Below, in pieces: positions 35,049-49,379 of a DNA stretch of 57,036 bases. The notes beneath the pieces are model-generated. The model saw only the letters and a program-made list of their open reading frames with translations, did no database searches and was not told where the DNA came from. Made by a program: the position numbers and the translations under genes. This DNA comes from Octopus bimaculoides (Eukaryota), in the NCBI RefSeq assembly GCF_001194135.2, contig NC_068985.1, positions 91,359,974 through 91,417,009 of the forward strand, written 5' to 3'. Within the stretch, counting starts at the first letter, position 1, and each line of letters starts with the position of its first letter.

Positions 35049-37785
35049 TTCGATCTCACGTGACTTATATTTTCGTAGGCTTGTTACTGGAACCTGCCAC
35101 CTGCTCAAACGGCCAAGAGATATATGGAATCCTATATGGCACATGAAAAGTGGGTTGCAATTAGTCTACACCTGTCCTATGTTGTTGGAAATGTTACTAA
35201 AAATCGCAGTGACATCAAATCCTTCAAAATACAAATTTCAGTCTGAAGTTAGAAGCTCTTCGCTGACAGAACAGTATTCGGAAGAACTGAAGGTATATCG
35301 ATTGCTGGCGAGGGTGTGTCGGTGTGGGTGTATGCTTGTTAAATGGATACATAGATACGCATGCGTATCTGCTATGTGTGTGCGGAGTTACTTGCACGTG
35401 TAAGCTGGCATCCGAGTGAGGGCAGGCGATATCAGCCCGATACTTCGTTCGTGCATGCTCGCTCATGCGTGTTTGTGAGTGATTAAGTGTGCAATTTCCT
35501 ATCAGCTATGTTTGTGCGCTTGTGTACGAGTATAGGTGGATATGTTTGAGAGTTGTGTACATCTGAAGGAAATGGAAATATACATCTGTCGTTTCTGATG
35601 TCAGTATTTTAGTGTGGCCGTAACTTCATTCATCAGAGCACAATGAAAAAAAATGTTAAGAAACCACTGGACAAAACAGTTTTTCCTAACTTTTCATTCA
35701 TGAAATGGCTTCGTCTCAGTACATTTGACATGCAACAGAGGTTCTGATCTACGGCAATTCTGATACTCTACTCTCAAACCTGGAGCTTTTTGACGATTGC
35801 TCTCATGAACATTCGATTATGTTTTGAAGCTCTTGACTTAATTGTAGTGCACTTACAATGTTCCTAATGTTTAGCATGGTTTGTCTTTGATACAGATAAA
35901 TGTTCTGGCAGCAGGATTCCAATTTCTTCCTTGTATAAAACATATCGGTAATGTCTAAATCGCTGCGTTCCGCACATATGACAACGATGAATGCATGAAG
36001 TTTCTCTATTGTAATTACAACGTCATCCGTTACGAGATTTCTATGAGAAACAAAACCCATTTAATTGGTTTGAATAGGGTAATAATTATGTGTCGTTAAA
36101 CGTATCTTTTACCCTCGTTATGTGTGAGCGTGTGAGATTGTACGTTCCTCTGTGTACCTCTGTAGGCGTGCCCGTCAGAGTGTGAATATGTATGTGAGTG
36201 TGTGTGCGTGTGTCTGTGTGTTTCTGCAGCAATGATACTCTGTATATTATTACTTAAAAAATTGTGAAATGACCACATAAATGTCATTTCATCTCTGAGT
36301 ATGATTTTTATTAAGAAATAAATTTGCATTCTTATCGTAAATTTATGACTTTCTTTGCTCGTCGTGTAGCTAGTGTGTCTTGATTGTTGCGTAGGTGTGT
36401 TTTAAATGTAATTTTCCTGATGAAATATAAACTGACGTATTGTTATATTATTGCCAAAAAAATCCATCTTAAAAGAAGCTTTAGATTTACATTAAATTGA
36501 AGCCAATATATTTTGGTGGATGCAGATGTGTATGGGAATGAAAATAAGAAAAAGTTTAAAATTATCAGTAGGAGGCAAAGATGATGAAGGAACAAAAATA
36601 ACTGAAGCTGCAAAATGAAATGGTGAATTAGAAAAAAAAAAAAAAGAATTTTCAGAAATATTAGAAGAGAAACAGGCAGAAATAGAAGAATTAGCGTATC
36701 ATAAAAACCTCGTTGCTGCTGGTTGACTGAATTTGGCAAACACATACATGCATATACACACACGCACACACACACATGCATACACACACATATGTATACA
36801 CACCCGCACATATAGATGTACCTGAAAATTCGGAAAACGTCATTCGCCTTAATAACTTCACAAAGTCATTTAGTTTCATCCGCAGTCCTACAGTTGCATA
36901 CGTTTCGATGTTACACGCACGAGTTCGATTGGGACCGAGCTGATAGTAAGTCTGTACAGAACAACATTTATCTCGAGTCACTTTTTCAGATCTGCAACAG
37001 AAACCAGTCCTGTTGCAGGTTGTCAGTAGAAGATTTTTCAATCAGCGTTTGTCAAACGGCATTGGTTACATCTATGTTACTCCGTATTTCATCTTGTGAA
37101 ATGTGTTTCGAAAATTGTCACTTCTCATTAATAAACGGTGTCTTCCTAGTTTGACACGGCGGACGGAAGATGATTGGAGGGCATCAACTTTTAATAGTTG
37201 TTTGGCAACAGTTCTGTAATGAGAAATGTGGCAGGTATTTCGCTTTCCTTCCAGAGTAAAACGTCGGAGCAGTCTTCCTACTCATGACGGATTGCTCTCC
37301 GTAAAAATTTGAAAAGGCAGGCAAAATAGTATTTTCCCGCACATTACCGACATAATTTCTATGTATAACACATTCAATAAATTGAGTGAGGAATATCATT
37401 CATTATCATTACTCGATAAATTCTTTAAAAATTTCTTTCAAAATAAGGATTGAAAGATACACATACTGATTTTAGAAAAAAAAAAAAAGGAACTAAAGGA
37501 TGATTTCACATACGCGGAAAAGGAAAGATGATAAAGCGCGGCTTATTTGGCACGTGACTTTGCCATGATTTACAGGAATTATGACAAAAAGATTTGAGTG
37601 ATGCTACAGGTGTAATTGAAGAACCTCCAAACTGTTTCACGAGGATTCTCTTTAAGAATTACGTTCAGGTCACAGCTGCTACTCTAGAGGCTGAATCAAA
37701 AGCGAATTTGGTCAGATTTTAGAGAGCAACGTCAAGCGAATCAAGCAAACTAAGGTGTGCATCACAATATATACGCATCGATATA

Positions 37786-37831
<46 letters not shown>

Positions 37832-38995
37832 TACCCACATATATAAATTTACATTCATTTATATGTGTTTATATTTATTTATGTATATAAATATNNNNNN
37901 NNNNNNNNNNNNNNNNNNNNNNNNNNNNNNNNNNNNNNNNNNNNNNNNNNNNNNNNNNNNNNNNNNNNNNNNNNNNNNNNNNNNNNNNNNNNNNNNNNNN
38001 NNNNNNNNNNNNNNNNNNNNNNNNNNNNNNNNNNNNNNNNNNNNNNNNNNNNNNNNNNNNNNNNNNNNNNNNNNNNNNNNNNNNNNNNNNNNNNNNNNNN
38101 NNNNNNNNNNNNTATATATATATGTGTGTGTATATAAAGAGAGAGAGAGAGGGAGAGAGATACAAAGAGGGAGAGAGAGAGAAACAGAGAGTGAGAGAGT
38201 ACCTCTGTGTGTGTGCTCCAAGGTAGCTATATGTGTGCGTTTGGCCAGAAGAAACGTATTCAGTACTTAAACAGGCCAGTATTCAAACAAACGCAGTGAC
38301 CAGTTCAAAACGAAAAAAAAAAAACACTAGCTGTTCCTTATTTGTTATTGATTGTATGACGTCATGATGCCATTCCCAATACTCTGTACTAAGACCAACC
38401 CTTGTTTTACAAACACGCAATATATCCGATCAAAGAATCTTTGTAGAAAACAATCGACTATCAATATTTCAACTATCTGAACTCATCGCGTTATCTATGC
38501 ATCGATATATATGTGTTTGTATATGCGTTCGTTAGTTTTGAGAATAATGATGCCTGTATAGATCTGTACGTATGCGTGCATATGTTTATGTGTATATACA
38601 TATATATATATANNNNNNNNNNNNNNNNNNNNNNNNNNNNNNNNNNNNNNNNNNNNNNNNNNNNNNNNNNNNNNNNNNNNNNNNNNNNNNNNNNNNNNNN
38701 NNNNNNNNNNNNNNNNNNNNNNNNNNNNNNNNNNNNNNNNNNNNNNNNNNNNNNNNNNNNNNNNNNNNNNNNNNNNNNNNNNNNNNNNNNNNNNNNNNNN
38801 NNNNNNNNNNNNNNNNNNNNNNNNNNNNNNNNNNNNNNNNNNNNNNNNNNNNNNNNNNNNNNNNNNNNNNNNNNNNNNNNNNNNNNNNNNNNNNNNNNNN
38901 NNNNNNNNNNNNNNNNNNNNNNNNNNNNNNNNNNNNNNNNNNNNNNNNNNNNNNNNNNNNNNNNNNNNNNNNNNNNNNNNNNNNNNNNNNNNNNN

Positions 38996-39058
38996 TATAC
39001 GTGTGCGTGCATATACGTGTGCGTGCATATACGTGTGCGTGCATATACGTGTGCGTGC
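38996..39058. repeat. 16-bp minisatellite (TATACGTGTGCGTGCA), about 4 copies, abutting an N-gap
   Basis: Read directly. Confidence 0.93.
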
Positions 39059-39697
39059 GTCTGTGTGTACGTACACACCTTCTACACACGTGACTCTGAA
39101 TGTGAATCTGAATATATTGAAACAACTATAAAACTTTCAGCAGTTATCTTTCCTTTATTGTGCTGGTTATATTTTATTCTTGCAGCATTGAATTACCGTA
39201 TAATCTCGTGCAAAAACCAGATAGGAAGGAATATATTACGCAATAATACATCCATTTTTCATCTCTTTTTTACATTTCGATATTAATTGCATATCATGTT
39301 AGCTAAATTTAATAAATTACTTCCTCTATACTGTGTGATTGGTGAAATGTATATATTTGAACATAAATAATTGTTTGATGTTCTTATGATAAGGTATATG
39401 CATTAAACACACTTTATATATAAATATATTCATGCGCATTCATATCCGTATTTATAAATGGAGCTACGTATAAAATGATTTTAACCCGAATATATGATCA
39501 TAAGAACTTCAAACAATGATTTATGTTGACATAGACAACACTAGATGCACACGAATGAATACGAAGAATCACGAACATATACAGATTCGTATAGATTATG
39601 TATAACTGATCATGCAGACATTGGGATTCTTATACACACACATATATATAAATATAAATATATGTGTGCATATTTATGTATAAAATATGTATGTCCA

Positions 39698-39734
<37 letters not shown>

Positions 39735-39972
39735 GTATATATATATATATTATGTCCATGTATCCAGACACATTAATATAAATAGATTTATAAGCATTTG
39801 CACACACGGAAATCAATATCTATTTACATTGATGTATACATACATTCAGAAATATTGCCGTGTAAACGTGTATTTATGTATAAACATATTACATTCATGT
39901 TGCTCTCTGTCTGTCTCTATCTCTCTCACTATCTCTCTCTCACACACACATCCATGCATATATATATAAATT

Positions 39973-40044
<72 letters not shown>

Positions 40045-40926
40045 NNNNNNNNNNNNNNNNNNNNNNNNNNNNNNNNNNNNNNNNNNNNNNNNNNNNNNNN
40101 NNNNNNNNNNNNNNNNNNNNNNNNNNNNNNNNNNNNNNNNNNNNNNNNNNNNNNNNNNNNNNNNNNNNNNNNNNNNNNNNNNNNNNNNNNNNNNNNNNNN
40201 NNNNNNNNNNNNNNNNNNNNNNNNNNNNNNNNNNNNNNNNNNNNNNNNNNNNNNNNNNNNNNNNNNNNNNNNNNNNNNNNNNNNNNNNNNNNNNNNNNNN
40301 NNNNNNNNNNNNNNNNNNNNNNNNNNNNNNNNNNNNNNNNNNNNNNNNNNNNNNNNNNNNNNNNNNNNNNNNNNNNNNNNNNNNNNNNNNNNNNNNNNNN
40401 NNNNNNNNNNNNNNNNNNNNNNNNNNNNNNNNNNNNNNNNNNNNNNNNNNNNNNNNNNNNNNNNNNNNNNNNNNNNNNNNNNNNNNNNNNNNNNNNNNNN
40501 NNNNNNNNNNNNNNNNNNNNNNNNNNNNNNNNNNNNNNNNNNNNNNNNNNNNNNNNNNNNNNNNNNNNNNNNNNNNNNNNNNNNNNNNNNNNNNNNNNNN
40601 NNNNNNNNNNNNNNNNNNNNNNNNNNNNNNNNNNNNNNNNNNNNNNNNNNNNNNNNNNNNNNNNNNNNNNNNNNNNNNNNNNNNNNNNNNNNNNNNNNNN
40701 ATATATATATATATATATAATATATGTATATATATATATATAGAGAGAGAGAGTGAGAGAGGTACGATATATGCATACATACAAGATACATACATACATG
40801 TATATATATATATGCCCAGATTTAGTTACACACATACATACAAACATATATATATATATTTATATATTTATATTTATATAGATACATACACCCATACATA
40901 CATACATACATACATACATACATACA

Positions 40927-40959
<33 letters not shown>

Positions 40960-41392
40960 TGCACGGACTGAAACATGAAAGGTATGTTTGCCCGCTTAAT
41001 ATATAGCTTGAAAATATTTTAGCTGCTTTCAGCTGAACTTTGAAGTGGCTAGCACTGCGAGAACATGATTTGATCTTCCTTAACATGGTATAAGTGTGGA
41101 AAGTAGGATTTGATTACTGTCTTTATAGGATGAAGAATTTCGTTACCAAAATATACATACGAAAAATACAGTAAAATAGAATAATGTTCTTGTTTGTTAT
41201 TTTTGTTTTTATTTATCGGAGCAGTCAACGCAAAAAATCACCACAAACATGATTTATGTTATATTTATGTAGTATAGTATTTTGCTTATATTTATCTTTC
41301 TTCACACAGCAATATTCGTGAGGGTTTACGTTCGTCTTTTTGACATTTGTATTCATAATCGCTTAAATAGGTAATGCCGGTACCTGTTTATG

Positions 41393-41478
41393 CTATTATT
41401 ACTGTTATTATCATTATTGTTATTATTATTATCATTAGTGGTAGTGGTAGTATTATTATTATTATTATTATTATTATA

Positions 41479-41511
<33 letters not shown>

Positions 41512-41586
41512 ATTATTATTATTATTATTATTGTTATTATTATTATTATTATTGTTAGTGTTATTATTATTACTATCATCATTATT
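41393..41586. repeat. Imperfect (TAT)n microsatellite
   Basis: Read directly; it explains the poly-Ile ORFs. Confidence 0.96.
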
Positions 41587-42229
41587 ACCTATGTAAACTT
41601 AGTAAGGTGAGAAATATGTATTGGTTGTGTAAATTATATTATGTTATTACGATGCAATACTTTTACACCCAATCTAAACGCTCTAGGAATCTTTTCAGTC
41701 TACGTGTGACACCTGTTTTTGTTTTGTTATTTGTTTACATATACTATAGATTTCATTAGATTGTAGATAATGAGATCGATCAAATTATACATGACCTTGT
41801 TGCTTCGTATCTTCAGATTTTGAGGATTGTGTAAATATATAATAGAACTGTTATACGATGAGGCACAATAATACTACCAGCACACTGTTAAACGCGTTGT
41901 AAAGTTCCACCGATTGAATAAACTTAGGACTTCTACTCCGAGTGCTTTGACGTATGCGCATGCTTGCTTTCATTTCAGATATATTTGCTCATCACCTCGA
42001 CTTCAACGTGTATTGACGTCTGTGAAATTTGCAATGAATACTTATAAAAGATACTTTATTTCCAATCTATATCGCCCAAGTTTTATATCAGGTCTTTTGT
42101 AGAAACGTATTGGAACAGTGATTTATGCTGTATAAAACTATACTTCAGTGGCAGTGACAGCATGTTTCTCTCAATTTCTTATGCCCACATAGGTCGGACG
42201 GACTTTATTCAGGCCAAATTTCTACAGCT

Positions 42230-42560
42230 ATATGTCTTTTCTGTTGCCAACATTCACTTAATTCAAATTAAGGTGACATTTCTTCAAGAACAAACGATTG
42301 TTTGAAGAGAAGATTAGAAAATTGTCTCACGGTTAAAATGTACTCCGTTTTGGCAAGCACAGTCGTATTATCTGCATTCGTGAGATTAGAAATATGCATA
42401 CCATGTAATTTCATGCCAAATTCTTCCTGTATTGTTTCTCCTAATACACAATTAATGTAGATGCGCAATAAATATAGAGAAGGAATACAGACCTCTCGGA
42501 ATCCTTTCCCATTTTTGAATCTTACGAATCATTTATAATGATCGTCAGTTTTTATAGGAA
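42230..42560 (-). mobile_element. RTE-clade LINE reverse transcriptase fragment
   Basis: The minus strand reads GMKLHGMHISNLTNADNTTVLAKTE, matching RTE GIK..GRNI.NLRYADDT.LLAE. It is preceded by a frameshifted stretch resembling GVRQGCILSP. Confidence 0.75.
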
Positions 42561-42579
42561 TTATTTGAAAAGCAAAAAC

Positions 42580-42830
42580 TCCTGAACATTCAACAAAAAC
42601 TAAAGCTTAACTATTATGGCCATACCGGAAGAAGCAAAGCTTTGGACACTACTTTCATGCAAGAAAGAGTAGAACAAGAGGCAGGAAAAGAACACAATGG
42701 ATGGAAAGTAACGGAAGCTGTTTGGCCAAACGTGGAACGGCAGCTGGAGAACTGGAACTCAATCGGGAAAACTTACATTGTAGTGTCAGCGATGCGCCGC
42801 AGCTGTGCCATACATGAGAATAAATGTTAA
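42580..42830 (+). mobile_element. RTE-clade LINE ORF2 C-terminal/3' fragment
   Basis: The plus strand reads IQQKLKLNYYGH...TFMQERVE..., matching RTE RKLKYFGH...IMQG.VEG.R.RGR...W. Confidence 0.65.
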
Positions 42831-43018
42831 GAGGTTCGCTTCACAACCATGTCGGTTCACATTCAATTCAAAGGCGCAAAAAACTTGGGCAAGTATTTCA
42901 TTCTCTAACTCCTAATGTACCAATCCATATAGAATTTGGCAGACGAAATTATATGGAATATACATACAAACACACACATACACACAGACACACGCACACA
43001 CATACACACAGACACGCC

Positions 43019-43076
<58 letters not shown>

Positions 43077-43114
43077 TACACACACACACACGCACACACA
43101 CACACACACACACG

Positions 43115-43234
43115 TTATTTACATTATATACATTGACGGTTATTTGTTTGATGTTAACACAAGGTTTCGCCTGATATACCCTCCACCCTTGGGGAAATTT
43201 CGAACCTGGGTTCTCATTCCTAAGGTATTTTCGA

Positions 43235-43240
<6 letters not shown>
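43115..43240 (-). mobile_element. Penelope-like/retrozyme-type repeat, copy 2, with the hammerhead core deleted
   Basis: Aligns to 24950-25100 but lacks the ttcattaggtacc segment; followed by (TAT)n as in copy 1. Confidence 0.65.
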
Positions 43241-43291
<51 letters not shown>

Positions 43292-46200
43292 CATGGCAAC
43301 TTTTTGAAAAACATCTTTCTTCAAAACAATGCCACCTTAAATAGCCACCTGGTTTTGCCAGTTTTAAAGGCCAAGAATCAACTTATCATTGAAAGAACTG
43401 ACCAGCTGTAAACACAATTTTCTTCTTTCTTCTTTCACCTTTCCTACTCTTTCCCATTGACACATCTTTCGATTCACAGGCACACACATACACGCACACA
43501 CACACACACACGAATATAAAACCACACACACAACCTCTCTCTCACTGTTCTTCCCCATTCCTCACCCTCTTTTACTATCCTATATATCTCTCTCCACCCC
43601 TACACATTCAATATCACTATAAAAAGAGACAGATACTCTGAAGAAAAATTAAACCTGCAGAATCTACAAGAATATATGCAAGTGCTAATTTATAAAAACA
43701 TGAGACATATTAAGAAATATCTGTAAATGTACAACCATCCAGATATCTGAGTATCTTATTTTTTCTAAGATATAATTCCTGTACATCACCTCCAAACCTT
43801 CTAATATTTATGTATGTGTGTGGGGGTGTGTGTGGGGGTGTGTGTGTGGGTGTGTGTGAGTGTGTGTGTGTGTGTGTCTGTGTGTATTGGAAGAGGCAAA
43901 AAGAATGAGAGATATATGTATTTCTTCACATTTTGCATTGCTTCACCTGTTTCCCATCTCTCAAAATATTCTGTGATATATTATTCCTGTATTACATTAT
44001 ATTCTCTCTATGAAATTATACTATAATGCAGTTAGTATTTGTATACTATGATAGGAATTGTTCAAATCTCACACAAAATGTATGGAATCAGATATTAAAG
44101 TCTATATCGAGAGGGTACATCCTAATTTGGATTCGACATTATGATGTATTTTATATTATTTAATCAACTTATTACTTTCTCTCATTGAACCCTTGCAACG
44201 CTGTTGACAAATATTAAGGTGTTTACTCTATTACATCGCCTAAGCTAACTGTTTGATCTTGATACACCTATCGATTATTATTTTTCCAATCGTTAACTAC
44301 AGGTCCCTGACACCTGACAATCGTAATTCATAGAAGCGCAGATTGATACGAGCACGCATACACAGTTGGGAATAATGATGAAGGCACTTGTTCAAAATGC
44401 TGGACCGTGGGTTCCTCCCATAACAGATATTCTTACAAAGTCCACCTCCTTTCCATCAAGCTCTTATTTTAGTAATTCCATACAGCTGACACGTCTCCTT
44501 CAATTATTATAATAATTGTTTTCTTTATATTGATAATCTATGTTTATTTGTACAACTATATTGAATTTCATACGTTCAATCTATCAAAATATCCTCTGAT
44601 ATATTACTATTGTATTACATTATATTCTGTCTATCAAATTATACTATAATACATTTAAAGTAAGTTTAGCTCTATTACTTGTGTTTTTTTTTTCCTGTTT
44701 AAGCGCATTTTTATTCAGATTCTGTTACTGATTTTCATTTATTGTAATTCATAGTTATTAAATTCTCCAACCGACCTAACAATTTTATGAATGCTACGTA
44801 AGTCTATAGATTTAGCAGACACATTAATGAAGTGAAATTGTTTAGTTAAATTGTATTTATACTATGTCTTTGTCATAACCTGTATTATTGTGCTATAACT
44901 TTATTTTTGTAAGCTATTGACAGTAAACAAATGTATGTGTTTTTATGCATGCAGTACTCGCAATTATTCTCACAAGTTCTATATTTTATTACCTATCATT
45001 GACATGAAAATTAACTTTCAATATATTCATATGTGTACTTCTAGACTTCTTTTTGAATATATGATACATGGTTTTCTAGCTCATTAGCGAACCTCCTTTC
45101 ATTTATCTTCTTGTATGTATTGATAGTATCCGTTAATGATAGTAACATTTTACTAATAAAGAAATATCGACATATATGTTAAATATAAAATTCAAGATTG
45201 ATATAAGATTGTCTAAAATCTGTCTCTGATAATTTCTTTGAATACAGTTACAGATAATACAATACAGCATTCAAATATTAAGTAAAAAGAGAAATTCTAT
45301 TTTCAATTTCTTCGTTTCACAAAATGCATTAAAGACACCGTTTCCAGGAATTAGATAAATGATTGAAATGGCAAGTATTGCCATTGAGATTAGCAATGTT
45401 ATTTGAAGCATATAATATTTGTTTATTGGTTGATATCTTGAATGGAACCAAGTGACATTTGAAGTCCACTATATATACGCATTGTCATTTCAAATGTGCA
45501 TCCCTCCTTTCCTGCTGCTAAATTTGGTGACCATTACGAAGATATGTTAATATAATCCTTTATATAGACACCACAATATCAGCCTCAAGTTTCTGAAATT
45601 AATTCACGTATTTCGATATTCGAAGCAAGTATTTCCAAATAACTGCAGTTAATAGTAATCTCATTTGATGTGATTTACATATTCTTTTATCCATTCATAG
45701 AAGAAATGTAAATTGTTAGATTTTTTTCTTTAGCTTGACATTTTCCAGAGGCGATATTATTAGAATTTCAAAGCAACTTCCAGTACAATTACTCACGTTT
45801 CTGTCTCCAATCACACAGACTCTTTACAAATAAGAGAACGTCTGTAGTAGCATAAAAAGTAGGAACTTATAATAAGTTCTAGTTTTTAACTGAATATAAA
45901 ATACAAACTGCATCAAAAAGTATCGTATACATGTACAGAGTTGTAGTGTACTTCCGTATGTTAACGAATTATAACAAATTATATCCATTTGGCAGTTTCT
46001 GGAGGCGAATTTACAATACAAAATATGAAATCTATTTTTCGTATTAAGATACATAATTACTGGGCAGAGCGTGGTTGTAGAACTCAATTTAATTCACATG
46101 CTGCATTAACCGTCTGTAAATCGTTTTCCTTAAATTTTGAAACGTTCTCTCCATTCAGGTGTCTCTATCATTCAGTTATATCCAAGCTATTTAGATAAAA

Positions 46201-47550
46201 TATAACATTGTTGTATGCTATTTTCGTGATACCAAATACTAAAATTTAAGTGCAACCAAGTATGGAAAAAATATTAAATAATTAAATAGTTATACAATCA
46301 TTTTCGAAAATGTCAAAGGTTGATATTAGTTTACGTATTTCACCATTCATTTAATTTCTATGACATTCGTAACTATATACGAGTTCAAAATTGTGTTGTT
46401 TCAATATTAATTTAACATGGTATTTGCAGTTGCTAATAACAATTGGATTAAACGAATATGGTGAAGACAAATAAATATTTCCATGATATTTATGGCTATA
46501 AAATTCAAGCTGGACTAACTTCCATAAACAGATATATCCATATATCAGGTCAATTTGTAAGTAATAATCTGGAAAAAATTAAATTACAAAGTGGTCTTTG
46601 AAACATTACTTTACGATTAATTTTTATGTGCATACAGAAATATACATATATTTATGATATAATGATAAACATGATACGGTTTTATTTGATGTGTACAGAA
46701 ATGTATCACACGGCATCCTCGGAAATTTAATATAAAAATATATAAACAGTGAATAACTTCAATTACGTTCCAAAATTGAATTAACAAATATTGGATTAAA
46801 TATTTTACAAAACATTTTTGATAAACGTTCTATGCATATATCTGGTATGTGTCTTATCATTCGAATATGTGATATCTATAAATTAAATGTCAATTGTTTT
46901 AATTAATTATCATATTAGTGGTGATTAATTATTTAGAAAAAATAGAAAAGTGTTCGTTTGCTAAAATAGCCATTCATTTATCAAATTATCTTCTTGATTT
47001 AAATTAATATATTTGGTTTGTATCTATTTCAGATCGAAATATAATCAAGTAGAGCAGTTTAGGACATGACCGACTGGAACAAGCGCTTTAATTCTATTAT
47101 TTGAATTATTGAAGTCTAACATATTGACCAAATACAATCAGCTCTAATACATTAGCCGCAGGAAAGCACTAAATATAAATGTATTCTATAAATTTGTTTT
47201 GAAGTGTCTATTTAAGTATAAAGAACGACACTGAATTATTTCCAATATTGATATATATTTGCTTCATATATACATCAATATATTTGTTATTTTATTTTTC
47301 ACATCAAAGTAACAAGGCAAATATGGTCATTAATCGTTAATAATACATAGAAATATATAGCTGGTATACTATGTTTTACATAAGACCAGTATGTTTTGAT
47401 GTTTAGTTGCACTAATATCACGTTAATCGAGCCTTTAATCTCCCAGTTTAAATTATTCTTGCATGAAACAATCTAGTAATTATTTGACATCGATCTTTGA
47501 AGCAATTCTGTTTTATATATGAACATATATGCAAACTTACACAGATACAT

Positions 47551-47593
47551 ATTATCACCACCATCACCATCATCATCATCATCATCGTTATTA

Positions 47594-47670
<77 letters not shown>

Positions 47671-47671
47671 G

Positions 47672-47724
<53 letters not shown>

Positions 47725-47800
47725 ATGATTAATATTCTTGTTATCGTTGTTGTTTCTGTTGCTGCTTTTGTTATTATTATCATCATCATCTTTATTATTA
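47551..47800. repeat. Compound (CAT)n/(TAT)n microsatellite
   Basis: Read directly. Confidence 0.96.
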
Positions 47801-48242
47801 TTTTTAATGTACTAACCAAAATTTTTCATTATTTGGAAAGCTAGGCAAACATATTTAATCAATAGAGAGTTTGACCCCACTAAAATGTATATTAATGAAA
47901 CTCGTGGAATAACGTTTTATTTTTATTTTTATTTTTTTTTTTTTACAATTGGGAGAAGGACAACGATCACGTTGTTCAGCTTCAAATATGGTGAAACGTA
48001 TATCACAGAATGATATTTATATATCCTATTTATGTATATATATCGACGAACAGAGCATGCGTTCTTTCTTTGAAGTGGAACTAACAATGGAAGAATTATT
48101 CAAACTGATTCATTTGTGTGCACGTGGAGAGAGAGATTGACATGGTTTCTGTAACAGATTTCTGAAATTGTCACACGGAACCACAATATTTAGTCACAAC
48201 AACCGATATCGTTCACACGTGCGCAATCACGTTCGAGACGAG

Positions 48243-48286
<44 letters not shown>

Positions 48287-48642
48287 CATATATATATTCT
48301 TTTATTATCCACATTATACAAATTACCAAGAATCTCAATGGAGAGGGAGAATAAAGAGTGACAGATTGCTAAATAGTAGGACTGAGCAGAAGAGAAGATA
48401 GGCAGGTTGATGTAAGGAGAGTGATAGAACCACGCCATATTTTATGCACTGAGGCATATATAACTACACACTCGTACATGCTAGCAACAATTTCTGAATA
48501 TACAAAATAGACGGGAGTGAATGAGATGAGATAATCTCTAAGCGACGTAGGCTCAATTGCACTGACGACAACCACATGCTCAGTGGGAATAATGATAATG
48601 CCAATCAAATTAACTACAGTATTAACAGCTATTGTCATAAAA

Positions 48643-48915
48643 AGAGGTGACCCTTAACAGGCCGCCTTACATGATAGAGTCGTTAGAACGTCCAAAACCA
48701 CATTAAAAGCAATTTCGAAGGGAATGAAAAATAAAAACGTTCACTTTATTTTTTACAGCCAGCCTTAGGATTCGAACTTTAATTAGCAATTAAAATAATT
48801 TGCTAGGCGAAGTTCTCATCAATAACACGTGTCTCCTGATTATATATCATTATTTTTCCAATTCACCGTGCAAGTTCCTTCTAGCATGTAAGGCGTACTA
48901 TTAAGGGTCACCTCT
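48643..48915. mobile_element. MITE-like element with 31-bp inverted repeats
   Basis: AGAGGTGACCCTTAACAGGCCGCCTTACATG (48643-48673) versus the reverse complement of 48885-48915, AGAGGTGACCCTTAATAGTACGCCTTACATG (3 mismatches). No clear TSD. Confidence 0.7.
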
Positions 48916-48977
48916 ATTTGTGCTTAAATGTGCATTAATGTTCTATGGTATATGTATATATATATATATATATATAT

Positions 48978-49379
48978 ACGTATGTCTGACTCTAACTACT
49001 CTATACATTTTAACATTAAACTGAGTGATTACTCAATAAATCATCAATTAGCAATTACAGGTTGTTCTCATCATCAACACATTGTGGAGATATCATCATG
49101 TGAACATATATATANNNNNNNNNNNNNNNNNNNNNNNNNNNNNNNNNNNNNNNNNNNNNNNNNNNNNNNNNNNNNNNNNNNNNNNNNNNNNNNNNNNNNN
49201 NNNNNNNNNNNNNNNNNNNNNNNNNNNNNNNNNNNNNNNNNNNNNNNNNNNNNNNNNNNNNNNNNNNNNNNNNNNNNNNNNNNNNNNNNNNNNNNNNNNN
49301 NNNNNNNNNNNNNNNNNNNACGTATGTCTGACTCTATACATTTTAACATTAAACTGAGCGATTACTCAATAAATCATCA
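48978..49379. repeat. Direct duplication of about 60-69 bp on either side of an N-gap
   Basis: 48978-49046 versus 49320-49379, differing by a 9-bp indel and one T/C. Confidence 0.9.

Noticed and set aside
35089-35292. AG/GT-bounded 204-nt plus-strand segment with an open frame (LVTGTCHLLKRPRDIW...)
   Set aside because: No recognisable domain, the donor is weak, and it has no linked partner exons
36816-37154. Overlapping 112-aa and 116-aa ORFs and a 9-bp hairpin (ctgcaacag/ctgttgcag)
   Set aside because: No motif recognised, one ORF is extended by a (CA)n tract, and the hairpin is too short for a miRNA
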